A stretch of 64,000 nucleotides of DNA from Cyanophora paradoxa CCMP329 (taxonomy: Eukaryota > Plantae > Glaucophyta), in NCBI GenBank assembly GCA_004431415.1, contig QPMI01000398.1:1-64000 (forward strand). Direction: 5' to 3'. The notes below the pieces were generated by a model that ran no database searches, was not told where the DNA came from, and was given only the letters and a program-made list of their open reading frames with translations. Shown here piece after piece: positions 19,801 through 34,617 of the stretch. How positions within the stretch are numbered: position 1 is the first letter of the stretch; every line of letters starts with the position of its first letter. A program made the position numbers and the translations under genes.

Positions 19801-20688
19801 TCGCAGTGAAGGCTCCCCTGCAACCTCTAGTTTTTTGAGCTCACGAGCTTGCCGACTTTGTCCGCTATACTTTTTCGTTTCAATGAGACCCTCGCGCCGT
19901 AGCTGTTGCTCTTGCTTTGCTTTGGCCGCAGCTCGTTCTATTTTTGACTGATTTGGAAGCTGTCTCGGGGCTCGAATTTCTGAAGGCTTGATTCTACGGC
20001 TTAATATCTGTCCCTCTTTGGTTGCGACCCTTATTCGGTTCCTGTCCTGTCCCACGACTGTGTACGTCTCCTTGCTCGGTTTCGTAGCTCCCTTCGCAAA
20101 GATGCTGCTCTTAGGCTCCAGTATCTGCACCTCAGTCCCTGGCTTTGGTAGATTCAACGCGTCTCTCTCAATGTCGTTCTGTCGTTGACGCACCTGGTGC
20201 AGCTGGGCAGCGATCTGCGGGTGATCTCGCATCCAGGCTGGTGAATACTCTCTGCCAAAAGAGCTGTGTTTTGTTTGATTGTATGCCTTGATCAAAGCAG
20301 GCAGCCGGGAGAGAAAATTCGGCGACCCTCGTTCCTCTGTGTCTGCCTGAATCAGGGCTCGCAATGTCCGTGCGAATCGATCGATGATTGCTAGCTTGTC
20401 GCCTTTCGATATGTGATCATCCTTAGCGACGTCGGTGTGCATCGAAAATGAATTCTCTTCTGCCATTGCCCGCACAGCAGCCGTATTAAAGCCATTGTCG
20501 CCAGAAAAACCCCAGATCCCCGGCAGCTGAGCGATGAATTTCGGAATCTGTTTAGCATCTTCAAGCTTTCTGACAACTGCGAATCGAGTTGCAATCTCAA
20601 TCGCTGCAAATAGTCGAAAACGTCCAATGAAAAGTATGTCGACTTGATATGCCCCTGGTGGAGCAGTAATTTTAAATGAGGGCGCCAT
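19759..20688 (-). CDS. Retroviral-type (rve) integrase of the Polinton type
   Basis: YQVD(17)IL, SGD(64)NGF, IID(103)RFARTL, YN...HSS...SP; consistent with the 6-bp TSD. Confidence 0.88.
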   Translation of the reverse strand: MAPSFKITAPPGAYQVDILFIGRFRLFAAIEIATRFAVVRKLEDAKQIPKFIAQLPGIWGFSGDNGFNTAAVRAMAEENSFSMHTDVAKDDHISKGDKLAIIDRFARTLRALIQADTEERGSPNFLSRLPALIKAYNQTKHSSFGREYSPAWMRDHPQIAAQLHQVRQRQNDIERDALNLPKPGTEVQILEPKSSIFAKGATKPSKETYTVVGQDRNRIRVATKEGQILSRRIKPSEIRAPRQLPNQSKIERAAAKAKQEQQLRREGLIETKKYSGQSRQARELKKLEVAGEPSLRLGSKVAGNYARRN

Positions 20689-23600
20689 TAGTTATTCGAA
20701 AGATTTTTATAGTGACCTATCGCCCTGGTGTGAACACCATCCTCGCACAGGAATCGCTTGGTATCAAGCGGGTGTAGGGCTTGCTTTGATGTCCGCTGTA
20801 GCCAGATCCGGTGCTGTTTCGATCTGAAGCCGAGAATTCCATCTACGTTGCATGATATGCCCCCAAAGATGCAGTCGTAGTATCGCTCTCGTGTCAGCGA
20901 GCTGCTGAACGTCTTGTTAACGCCCTTGCACTTGTGCACTTGTGATTCCTCTGTGCTCATATAGTACGATTTCGGTCGGTTCGCGATCCACTCAAGCATT
21001 TGTCTGCCGCCACACTCGTCCTTGAACAGCCCGGGAACCTTGCCCATCGATCGTAGTCGCTGCACTTCGTCTTCTGACATCCCTTCAAAGAACGGGTGTC
21101 TCGTAGGGTATTCACTAACATCTAGCTCGTTTTTGATTTTGCGAAGGTCCTCGTATAAATTTTCGGTCTCAATCTCAATTATGAGACTGTCTGTATCTGT
21201 ACCAAGAAGCTTTACTCGCTCGCCCCAAAGCGCTTTCAGCACCTGGTAGTAAAACCGATACATATGTAGCTTTGATAGATCAAGGATTGTGAACCCACAG
21301 TAGATCGGTTTGTTGAGTTTGTATTCGCTCTTTCGCTTATTTACATACACCAAGTTTTCGTCATATATAGCGACCTGTCTCAAGCGGTTCGGCTCTGTGT
21401 TGATTTTCGCTAGTCGTTCTCCTGTTGTCACAAGCTCTGAATTGCAATGCTTGCGTACGTTTTCCATCGTTTTCCCAAACACCGCATTATTTAGTAGCTT
21501 ATAAAGATCTTTTTCATACGGGAATTCTGCCTGTTTTCGCTTCAGAGTGTTCAAATCGATATAGCTCTCTAGCCATGCACTTTGCTCGAACGAAAGCACT
21601 CTGTGTATTCTAGAAACAACCATTCCCATCGACACATAAAACTGTAGCACTCGTGCATCAACAACATAGTTCTTCTTTGGCAACAGGTTTGGAACCAGCT
21701 TTGGCGTTCTCTCGATCCCGCTTAGTTTTTCACGCTCAATAGTTTCTCGCTGCGCCTCTGATAGGTGCTCTTTTGCAATGCACATTCGCTCGGGAGCTAG
21801 TGGATAATCACTAAAATAATCATGCAGCTCTTCTGGACAATGCATGTCAACCTCCAGAGAAAAACCCCTTGAACCATGAACATCAAGGTCTGTTATATAC
21901 AGTTTAGGATCTGTAATACCTCTGACGTCCTCCCATTTGAAGTCCCCTGTCGGTAGTTTTTGTTTCATAGAAAACCCATAAAGGTTGTTCGCATCGAGGT
22001 ACAGTAACCAGCCCTGCTTTTTTCTGTGACCCACGATGTACTTATCAATCCAGGCATTATTAGCTCGAGCATATCTTTTTGATATCATAGAGATTCCTCC
22101 CGGATCCCTTTCTCAATAAAGCGGTGCATATCTTCTTGTCCTTCGTAAAATAGCTCCAGTTGCTGACCAGTGTGCTTCAAAGCCGCCTGCCACGAGAAAC
22201 CTGGAATGCTCATAAAGTAGCTTGGGTCCAGCTTGTACGTCTCCATACACGTGTCACGGTAGTTTTCAAATATGTCTCCTAGAAGAGCTATGTCTGTCTT
22301 CATGTACTCCAATGTATAGTCAGCCATTGTCCTGCAACCAAGCTCACGCCAGACCGATTGAGCGTGGGCATAATCATCCCGAGAGCACTTCGACTGCTTT
22401 AGCTCGTTGTAAAATTGGCGGCGCCCTGGTAGTGATGTCTCTGCAAGACGATCCCAGCCAGTAATGTACTTGTATGGATAGACACCCTTGCGCGTCATTA
22501 GTTTGAACCGTGTCTCGCTCTCATGTAGTGCACGTGTGATATTCTTTTTCACATCAGGTACTGCAGCCGCAAGGCTATCGAGACTACCCTGCAGGTGCTG
22601 AGCAGAGTCACGGAAAACGTAAATGCCGTATGTGAACTGTGACATACGCTCGCTGTTCTGAAACACCTGGTCAAACTTCGTCGACAGTAACTCACGAGGA
22701 CGTAGTTTGCGCTCAAGCCGCTTCCTTGCATTTTTCTCATGATCTGCGCTCAGCTCACGCCCTGCGTATTTGGCTTGAAACTGGCGCTCAACCTCAGCTC
22801 TGAATGCATTTTCTGCGACTTTCCGCCGGTTGTAGCCTGCTGCCAAAGCCCTCACTAATAGGTGAAAGTCAAATCCTCGGCCATTGTGAAAGAATATTGG
22901 GACGGCGGCAGCTTTTGCTCGTCGCCTGTTGCAGGCATTGCAGGCCGCTCCAAGATACTGCCCGGAGTCGTGGCAGTGATCTCGATTTTTATCTTTGACT
23001 TCTTTGAACTCGCTTCCACACATATAGCACGTTTCTGCTGCTTGAAAGGAGCGCTCTTGTTCCTGCGTAATCTGCATCGTCGCTTTCTCCTCCAAGATTC
23101 CCTTAAACTGCGGCTCTTTTTCATCTAGCCAAGTAACAAATGCCTCTGCTGACTCCTCAGTTTGCGAGCCCATATGCGAGAACCAAAACTGCTCCTGTTG
23201 CCTCGTCTCTGAATTTTCAATGCTTTCTACAGTTTCATTCGTTCCTTGATTTTGTCCCTTGTTTAGGATAACTAAGCATCCGATCGAAGATATTGCGTGA
23301 ACGCCTAGCTGCTTCGTCTTTGCTGGACTCTCGGTCTGCAAAACAGGTAGAGTCATTGTTTCCGAGTCAGCATATCCAACAAGCCTTTGCCGAATCGTCT
23401 TCTCGAAGCTGTTGAATTTTATAAAGTGCTCGCCCTTTTTCGGAAGCACGTCCCTGGCGTGCTCATCTCGATCAAGGCACCGGTCGTATTTAAGATGATT
23501 CTGAAAGGCCTCGTCTGAGCCAAAGCCGCACTGGCAGGCCAAGCAATAGTGCTTCGCATTCGACCCATGCTTTCCAAACAGTCGCGATATGTTCTTTATC

Positions 23601-24730
23601 CACAAATAATGTCCCACATCATTCCCGTCGCCTGCTGGCACGTACAGTATCGGTATAGCATCCGTTGCTGCGCTAATGTGGATCGGAACGATGTCTTGCT
23701 TGTCTAGCGCAGTCGTGTAGACGCAGAGCTTAACATTATTCGCACACTCAAATTTGCTGAACATTTTCGAATCGAGTGGCGTCGGATACGTGAGCATTGT
23801 ACAATCTAGCGATGCCTCATGCTGCCGATAGCTTCCTGCATGCCTCGAATCCACCCCTGGGGCCAGCGGATTGCGCGCTGCGAGGACAGCATATTTAAAG
23901 CACTCGTTGTTTGGTGCATTGATATTGATCAAGGCCTGCTTGAGTGCAAGCCAGCTCGGAAGTACAAACCCGCGTCCGCGGCCGCCCATACGTCTGAAGT
24001 ATCTAATCACGGTAAAGCGTAGCTTAATCCACGTCTCGAAGGCGGAAGAATCACGGCTCTTTTCCTGCGCAATAGTATCTAGCTCTTCCAGCTGTGAGCG
24101 GATCGTCTCAACAACGTCTGAGCCTGGGAGTATGCGGTAAAATTTCCTGTGCTCAATCACTACTGCAAGCGCTGAGTCTTCGTTAGGCTTGCGATAGAGT
24201 CCGACTCCTGAGACCTGCAAAGCTATGCCCATTCGATCCTGACTTGCTAATTCTTGCTGCACGCTCGCAAACGCCACTGCGCCTGCTCTGAACCTCGCAT
24301 TATTTTCGAGCTGCGCCTGCATCGACGTGACTCGGCCTGTTCCACGTGAGGGCCGGTACTCCCAGTCAGCGTATGTCCCGTTCAGCGCTGTTCGTGTCGT
24401 CACTGTGCCGTCCTCCTCTGCAATTTCAGTTTCGCTGAACTCGCTCACGCTCGGATCGGGCAGCTCTGAAAATCCTGCTACAATCCCCTCAGCAATAGCA
24501 AGCTCTAGCCGTGCAGCTGCAACTGGTCTCGGCGGCCTCGGTACTGTTGACAGCTCGTTCAAAAGTGATGCGTATTTTTGTAGTGTCGGCAGTCGCGTGC
24601 GTGAGCCACTCGCACTGATGCGCTGCAGTTTGTTTCTGAATTGCCCATGAATAAACCTGCGATTGTACAAAACCTCGGCCTGGCCTGCTATCTGCTCTTT
24701 GAGCCGCGCGATCTCAAACCGTCGCTCCAT
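20688..24730 (-). CDS. Protein-primed DNA polymerase B, Maverick type, with an endonuclease-VII-like Zn insertion (1-bp frameshift near 22100)
   Basis: YADSET, CYMC...RDHCH..G.YLGAAC..CN, FHNGRGFDFH, RKGVYPY, Y..TD, YLDANNLYG, KLLNNAVFGK, TDTDS. One extra G restores KGIRGGISMIS. Confidence 0.95.
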
Positions 24731-25695
24731 TTAACAATAGCACTCCAAAAGATTTTCAGAGAAAGCGCGCAACCAACCGCTCGTTCCTATAGGGCGGTGC
24801 GATTCCTTTATAACATGTCACTGAGGCACATTGTGTGGTAGATCGCAGCTGGTGCTGCTTGGAAAACTGATAGCTGAGTTGGCGCTCTTGCCGCAGCGAT
24901 GTAAAAGCATACGCAAATGCATTTAAATTCGAATTCTAGTAGCGCTTATAACACTACAGTAAGCAGTCTTAGAAGGCATGACGTTTTGACCCCGTAAACC
25001 ACGGTTCCTCGCGACTGAGATCGAATTGGACCAAGCCGCTAAGTATGCTACAGTTTTATGATCTATAAGTACGAAATCCGCAGCGATCGTGTTCAGGCGC
25101 AGCAGCGTTGCTGAGATTCTTAATCGTCGGGTTTGACGACTAAAATGTATGGCGGCTTGACCTCATCACAGAAGCGCACAGGGCGCCGGCCAAAGCGTAA
25201 GCATGCTTAGTATGATGCGAAAGAACGATAAAACAAGCCTCCAGCGCTGGGCGCCGCAGCAGTTCCGAGCTTTTGAACGTTTTGCCCCGAGACGTTCACC
25301 CTAGCCGGCGTGAGCTTGACGGCTTGGTCTCCGGCTCGGTCTCCGGGATCCGGCTTGGATCCGACTCGGTCTCCGGGATCCGGCTTGGATCCGGCTTGAG
25401 CTTGGCGGACGTGACGCGCGCCGAAAGGACGAGTCTGGAAGCTTCCCGGACGTGACGGCCTGGAAGTTTAGGAAGCTTCTCCGTTCTATAAAGTGTGTCT
25501 CGCGCCGGCCCCGCGCATTCGAAATCTCACTCTCTCAACACCACGCTGGATCCTAAGCAGCCGCGACAGTTCAAGACTCCCGAGAGGAAGCTAGAACAGA
25601 ATCGGCGCTACAAGAAGTCGGAGTTGGGCAAAGCTGCGAGACAGCGGGAGAACGCGAAGCACAGGGCTAGAACCGCTGCCGCAAAAGCGATAGCT

Positions 25696-26385
25696 ATGTC
25701 GTTGCGTACAGATCTAGAGAAGAGCTTGCTTGCAGAGGCGACCTACGAGCACGGACGCATGGCGACGGACGCGCAGGATCCGGACGCGCCTTCAGCCCTC
25801 GGGAAGCGGGCGCGCGAGGCGGACAATGTCGATGCTCTCCGCAAGGAGCTCGCGGATATCAAAGCAAAGCTCGCTAAACAGGAGCAGCGCAATGATTGTG
25901 ACCGCATTGATGCTGAAATAAGGCAGGCGATTGCAGCTGCTCGTGATGGCTTCAACTCGCAGCACCTAGACTTTCTCTTCAACCTACGCCGTAATTTGAT
26001 GGTACGCCACCGACCGCCTGGCAGTTTAACGCTATCAAATGCCAGCGACACCGCCAGGCAACACGCGAGTCCGCGGGGTTCGCGACGAACGCGAAGATCT
26101 GGACCATGTACAACAAACACTGGACAGAGCTCCTTAAGCTCGTGCGTACCACTTGTTACATGGCTTTCAGTTATGTTCAGCGGTCCATAACCTGCGCAGC
26201 ATCGACTCTACGAGGAAGCCGACACGGATCCGAAGGCCAATGCGGAGGCCGAGGCGGAGGCAGAGGCCGAGGCAGAGGCCGAGGCGGAGGCCGAGGCAGA
26301 GGCCGAGGCGGAGGCCGAGGCAGAGGCCGAGGCGGAGGCCGAGGCGGAGGCCGAGGCGGAGGCCGAAATGGAGGCCGATACGTAG
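25696..26385 (+). CDS. Sub-terminal viral gene with two predicted spliceosomal introns (26002-26057, 26142-26199); coiled coil plus (EA)n acidic tail
   Basis: Removing GTACG..CCAG and GTGCG..GCGCAG gives the open frame NLM|ATRESAG...ELLKL|HRLYEEADTDPKANAEAEA...EMEADT*. TATAAA near 25487. The start codon is uncertain. Confidence 0.62.
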
Positions 26386-26400
26386 ATCTAGACCGACGCA

Positions 26401-26947
26401 TCTCCCGAGGCCGCACCAGACCGCTCTGGGGGCCCGTACCGCTTGGGAGGTCGCCCCTGGTCGCAGACAAGCAGCGACGCTGCGCCAAGCGCCTAGATAG
26501 AGCTCGCCCGCGCTGTGCCTCACGTTCCCTCCAGACTGTAAACACGCCCAGCTAGTGCTGAACCCGTTTCCTCAGTTAGCTTCGCTGTACACATCATTAT
26601 CGCATAGCTAGCGCTGAACGTGTTTCCTCAGTTAGCTTCTCTGTACACATTAATATCGTCTAGCCTATTCTGCCCCGTTGCTCTGCAGACCGCGCTCAAG
26701 GGGGGCCGCGCTCCTCTTCGTCTCTTCTACTTGATAGCACTGTCTTGAATAGACATGAGCTATTGCTAGGCTTTGACCTAGGGAAAAGGCCGGCAGACGT
26801 AACAAGAGAGCGGGGTAGACGTAACGAGAGAGCGGGGTTGAAGGGAGAGTGGGGTGGACGCTAGGGCTGGTGCAGTAAGCGAGGGGGTGAGGGGATGGGG
26901 GTGGTGGAGAGGGGTGGGCCACCGCGGTGGGCTCTCTCTCATTTTTT
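26401..26947 (-). repeat. Right terminal inverted repeat (547 bp)
   Basis: Ends ...GGGCTCTCTCTCATTTTTT, followed by the TSD GCCGCG. Confidence 0.96.
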
Positions 26948-29122
26948 GCCGCGACCGCCGCTGGGGCCGCCGCGACCACCTCCTGGAGCGCCGCCGCCTC
27001 GTCCGAAGCCGCCGCGTCCGCCCCCGCCGCGGCCTCCTGGTCCGCCGCCGTTGGGGTTAGGGCAGTCTCGCATGATGTGGCCCTCCTGTCCGCAGCGAAG
27101 ACACTTGTTGGCCCACTCGCAGTGTGCCGCCAAGTGTCCGAAGACCCCGCAAAGGTAGCAGGTTCGGGGCTGTTGAGTCCGTAGCGCGGCGGTCGGGACG
27201 CCCGTCGACGTCGGGGTGGAATTCGAAGGGGTCAAGCCGAGGCGTGCGTGGAGCTGAGCAACGACTGGGTCGGAGGTGGGCAGGTTGCACAGCTCTGACC
27301 GGTACCAGTGGGTTGTGCAGAGGAGGTAGTCGTCGCCAAAGTGCCAGCAGGCATCCTCCGGGAGGCCAGCCTTCACACAGCGTCCGCAGAGCCAACGTGT
27401 ACCGTTAGGTCGGATGGGCTTGTCGGGGCGTAGAATGTTGAGGCCAGCGAGGAGATCCGTCTTCGTCTGCAGGCGAGGCAGGTTGAAGTTATGGTCGGAG
27501 GGCCGCGTCTGGGGTCGGGTCGAGTTCGCGCTCGAGCCGGCGGGTGGCGGGGCCGTTGCCTGGTAGAGAGGGGCGGTCTGCGGGGCTGTCGCATTCTGGT
27601 AGACGTAAGCGATGTCGGCGTAATTGAACGGGTACTCGGTCTCGTCGTCGTCACCGTAAGCCGTCATGTCCGTCGTAGAGGACTCCGATTCCGTGCCCTG
27701 CGATTCATGGAGAAGGCGGGCCATCGAGATCTGGCCGAGCTGGAACTGAAGTACACGGTCCGAGGCAGCGTTTGCACGGAACATGTTGTCGTACTGTCCG
27801 CCGCAGCAGCCAGGGTGGTGCCGGTGCGTCGACGTCGACGATTGTGAGAGGCGGGACTGGGAGGAGAGCTTGGTGTGCTCGTGCTCGACGTCTTCTTCCT
27901 CGTCATGGTCATGAGCGCGCTGGTCGTGCGTGCGCGCGGCACGGGCGGCCAGCTGCTCGTCGGAGACAGAGGTCGAGGAGTCGAACGTTTCGCACGTGCG
28001 CGCGGCACGGGCGGTCGTCTTCTCGGCGGAGCGGGAAGAGAAGGAGGCTGAGGCGCGCGGGGGAACGGTCGCAGAGCGCCGTGAAACGTCTTTCCACGGG
28101 TAGCGACGAAGGTTCCATGGGATGTCGAGTAGAAAATTCTCCATCGCCTCGTTGCACACCTTGTGGTTATCGAGCTTGTCGTCCGGAGGCTGGTACCTCA
28201 TCGCCGTGTCCTTGAGCGCCGTGAGCGCCTTGCGGGCGTGTTTGTAGTTGTCCCGCTTGGACTGCTGATAGTCGCCGGTGGGGTAGTGGCCGCTGTCCAG
28301 CTCCTTGGCCTCGATCATCTGTTTGATGAGTTCGTACACTTCCATCGGGGTAGGATGGCCTTCCAGCAAGCAGATTGTGCCCGCTCCGACGTAACGAAGT
28401 ACCTTGGACACCATGCTGACCATTGTCGGAAGCGGGTGACCATTGTAGGGCTGAGCGAGGGCATTCTGCGTGCGCATGCGCTCCTGTCGTGTAATGTTGA
28501 TGGCCATCCAGCGTACGAGTGACGGGAATCCTCGGATGCAGTGGTTGCTCTCAATCCGAGCATTGGTCTCCTGTATTTCTTTCTGAAGCTGGTCGCGTCG
28601 CGTCTTGAGGGTGTTGCGATGTTCCCGCGTCTCCTCCGACCGATTCTCCATCTTCCGTCCCTTCTCCTTGATATGTTCAGTGAGCGCTTCGCTTGCCTCG
28701 CGAAGCTCCTCCTTGAGCTTGGCGAGCTTGCGAATGTGCGCGTGCGTGAACTCGATCATGTCATGGGTTGAGGTCTGGTACTGTAATGGGATCGCCTTGG
28801 TCGCCATGGTCGCCGCCGCGAATGCGAGTTTCGAGCCGTCGTCCGCGTCAGAGTAGCGCTTCGTGTCCGAGTCGATTGCGCGTTTGGCGTCGTCTCGCCA
28901 GGCGACGACACCTTGCGGTGTGAGCGGGTTGCCCGGACTGGTGATGTAGATGCCTCCGCCGCAGTCGATGAGGGTGGGCGCCTCCGTATGGGAGAGCGAG
29001 TTGAGGGCGTCGCGTTCTGCCGAAGCGTTGGCGTTGACCGCCGCGACGTCCGTGAGCTCGTGGAGGATGGAGTTGGTGGCCGCGCGCCGGCGTGGCGCGT
29101 CGCCGAAGTTCGTGGGATCCAT
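26948..29122 (-). pseudogene. Retrotransposon Gag-like ORF, 5' part, truncated by the virus insertion
   Basis: Two CCHC knuckles (CYLCGVFGHLAAHC, CLRCGQEGHIMRDC) and an RGG tail. The TIR supplies AAA AAA TGA as a premature stop. Confidence 0.88.
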
Positions 29123-29179
29123 TGTGTCTGCTCGCGGCAGAGACGAGGGACGCCGACGAGGGAGGGAGGCGGGGGCGAT

Positions 29180-29830
29180 GTAGATCTCCGGCCGAGCTTC
29201 CACGCGGGAAGGCCAGCCAAGGTCTGATGTCTCCGGGGCTCGCGGCGTCCGCAGCGCGGCGGAGGCGAGGGGGGGAACCGGGGAGAGGGCGGGGGTGGGG
29301 CGAGGGGGTCGGTTCGAGGCGCTGCACGTAGATCACCGGCCGGGCTTCCGCGCGGGAAGGCCGGCTGCGATCTGAGGTCTCCGCCGAGGCTCACAGCGTC
29401 CGCAGCGAGGCGGAGGCCGGGGAAAGCGCCGAGGGGAGGGCAGGGACGGGCGAGGAGGTCGGTTCGAGGCGCCGCACGTAGATCACCGGCCGGGCTTCCG
29501 CGCGGGAAGGCCGGCTGCGATCTGAGGTCTCCGCCGAGGCTCACAGTGTCCGCAGCGAGGCGGAGGCCGGGGAAAGAGCCGAGGTGAGGGCGGGGACGGC
29601 GCGTGACGGTCGGCACGGCGTCGACGCGCGACGGCGGCCGAGGGAAGGAGTAAAGGGTGCGGGAATTGTCGTCGGCGACAGGCGGTTGTCGGCCGACGGG
29701 CGGGAGTGAGCGGGAGAGGTGATGACGGGAAGGGTCCGAGGAGCCGAGGGCAGATCACCGACCGGGCTTCCACGCGGGAAGGCCGGGTGTGATCGGTAGT
29801 CTCCGGCGATGTTCACGCGTCCGCAGCGCG
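29180..29830. repeat. ~150-bp tandem repeats (about 4 units) upstream of gag
   Basis: AGATCACCGGCCGGGCTTCCGCGCGGGAAGGCCGG-like core recurs at ~29181, 29330, 29480 and 29752. Confidence 0.88.
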
Positions 29831-30647
29831 GCGGAGGCGTGGGCGGGAGAAGGTGGGGCGGGGGAAGTGATCGCGAGGCAGATCCGCAGCTGAACGTCGG
29901 CGACCCACCGGCGAGTCGAAGGGCTGAATCCGCCGGAAATTTTGGCAGAGTCTCCCCCTTCGAAAGGCCGAGAAATGCGCGGCGCTGAAGCGGGCGGCGG
30001 GGCGAGGTCGGTCGGTCGAGGTCGGCCGGTGACGGGCGTGTCCGGTCGACGATCCACCGTTTCCGAGCGTCGTCGATGCCACTAGCAACGATTCCGCGTC
30101 CGGCGTGGGACGGGGGCGTGCCAGTCGATTCCCGCGGACTGCGGATGCAAGAGGCGACTGTTAGCGAGTCCGGCGTCGGCGTGCGGCGGCGGATTCGCAA
30201 TACTGTCCTCCGAAACGCGCTCTCCGTCCACGGGTCGCTTCGCCCAGCGGTCCGACCACGCCTAGCCAAGATGCGGCTGGCAGGTCGGCTGGCTGGACGA
30301 GGCCCGGCGAGGGTCAGATGAGCCTAGTTTACGGTGCTGCTAGGCGTGGCCATGCGTGCTGCGCAGTTCTAACAGGTCGGCGGCAAGAGCGAGCTGAGGT
30401 GGTATTCCAGGAGCAAGCACAAGCACAGGGTACAAGTGTGCCACCCGGGGTGTGGGCCCAGGCGGGGTACATGAAAAGTAGCAGGGGTCCAATCGGCGCA
30501 CTCAACGCGAGCACCGCGGAGACTAAGGCCAAGCGCTGCGAGTAGCGAGACTCGGAGGGCCGGCTCCTGACGGCATAAAGCCGTGAGGCAATATAACGCA
30601 CGTAGATTGTAAATATAAATATAATCAGTGAGCTGTGGGTAGGCTGG

Positions 30648-31433
30648 CTAGGGGACGGGAAGGACGAAGGAGGGGCGGGCGTGGAAGTCTGGGGCCCGCC
30701 CGCAGTGCCGCAGGGCGAAGTACTCCGCGCGCCCCTCTGGCGCCTCCGCCACGACCGCCGTGAGCGAGGCCTGCGCATGAGATTAGATTTGATCAGATCT
30801 AGAGGCGGGCGGGGCGCGGCGGGGCGGGGCGGGCGGGACCTGGAGGGGTCCCTGTGCGAAAGGAGCGTCGAAGGAGCATCGGACGGCGAGCTCCCGGTCG
30901 CCGATGCGCAGCCGGTCGAACCGGATGTCCCGCACCCGCCCCTCCTCCTGCGCGGCCGGCCGCGGGCGGCGCGCGCGCTCTACGATCAGCGCCGAGGCGG
31001 CTGCGCCAGCGTACGGAAAGAAGGGCAGCGGAGGCGCGCCTTCATGGGCTGACTTCTGTAGTGCTCGAATCGGAAAACGTTCCACGCGCCGCTGGGAGAG
31101 ACGTTCAGCTCCCAGTACGCGTCGGAGCCTGCGGGGCCGAAGAACGCTTCCAGGCACGTCGTAGTCCATAGCCCGACGGTGCGCGGTCTCCTGGGCAGCT
31201 CCTCCGGAACGACCAGCCGCTGCAGGTCACCGCTGATCACTGCGAAAAACGTCGCCGCATCAGCGCGTCGCGCGTACGTCGTAGCGTGCGGAAGGCCGCG
31301 GTCGCTACGAACCCCATTCGAAATGAAGTTCAGTGCCGAGACGCTGGACCCGCGCGGACACGTTGAACGGCGACCGGCCGAACGGGGCGAGGTTCACGAG
31401 GGGCGGCAGCTCGGACGAGGTCGGCGCCTCCAT
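30648..31433 (-). CDS. DOMON-like domain protein of a bacterial-type family, multi-exon
   Basis: GLWTTTCLEAFFG...YWELNVSPSGAWNVFRFEHYR and C-terminal YFALRH...PDFH.R.SF. Confidence 0.8.
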
Positions 31434-31636
31434 CCGATGCACGGCAGAGGCCAGTCCAGGGTTTGTGGGAGTAAAAGTTGCAGCTAACTGAGCTAACTCA
31501 GCTAAGCAGCACTGGGGTACAGGCAAACTTGGAGGGAGTGGCGCTGAGGTGGACGCACGTTGGGTCAGCAAGAGACGTAGCTAGCTAGAGAGCGTGTCGG
31601 CGTCGCTTGCCGGCACGCGGGGAGCCCAGGCGCAGC

Positions 31637-34437
<2,801 letters not shown>

Positions 34438-34617
34438 CCCGGCGAGATCTAGCTATAGCTAGATCTAGATCTCTAGAGGACCGTCGACGTCGCTGCTGTA
34501 CTGCACTGCGGCAGCTGTGAGCCTGCATGCGCACTGAGAATCGTGTATCCCGACTCGGAGACTCAAACGTGCTTGGCCAGCGCCCGCGCCACGCAAGCAC
34601 CACATCCCCAAAACGGA

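Larger units (their letters stand above)
3422..26947. mobile_element. Complete Polinton/Maverick-like endogenous virus, 23,526 bp
   Basis: TIRs, 6-bp TSD, and an AT-richer, densely packed interior with pPolB, rve integrase, packaging ATPase, MCP-like and penton-like genes. Confidence 0.96.
520..30595 (-). mobile_element. Rearranged, internally deleted Ty3/gypsy-like retroelement carrying the Polinton-like insertion (outer limits approximate)
   Basis: Gag with CCHC knuckles and a gypsy-type RT thumb/RNase H. Protease, RT core and integrase were not found. The right limit is where the duplicated host sequence begins (~30596). Confidence 0.6.

Noticed and set aside
22080-22110. Programmed ribosomal frameshift in pPolB or MCP
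   Set aside because: There is no slippery heptamer, and a single missing base in a homopolymer explains each case.
3422-26947. Prophage, bacterial contaminant or canonical virophage
   Set aside because: The TSD lies in eukaryotic TE sequence, pPolB and INT are Polinton type, and no virophage cysteine protease is recognisable.
30250-30595. 5' LTR and primer-binding site of the retroelement
   Set aside because: There is no second copy in the window and no tRNA complement I can identify.
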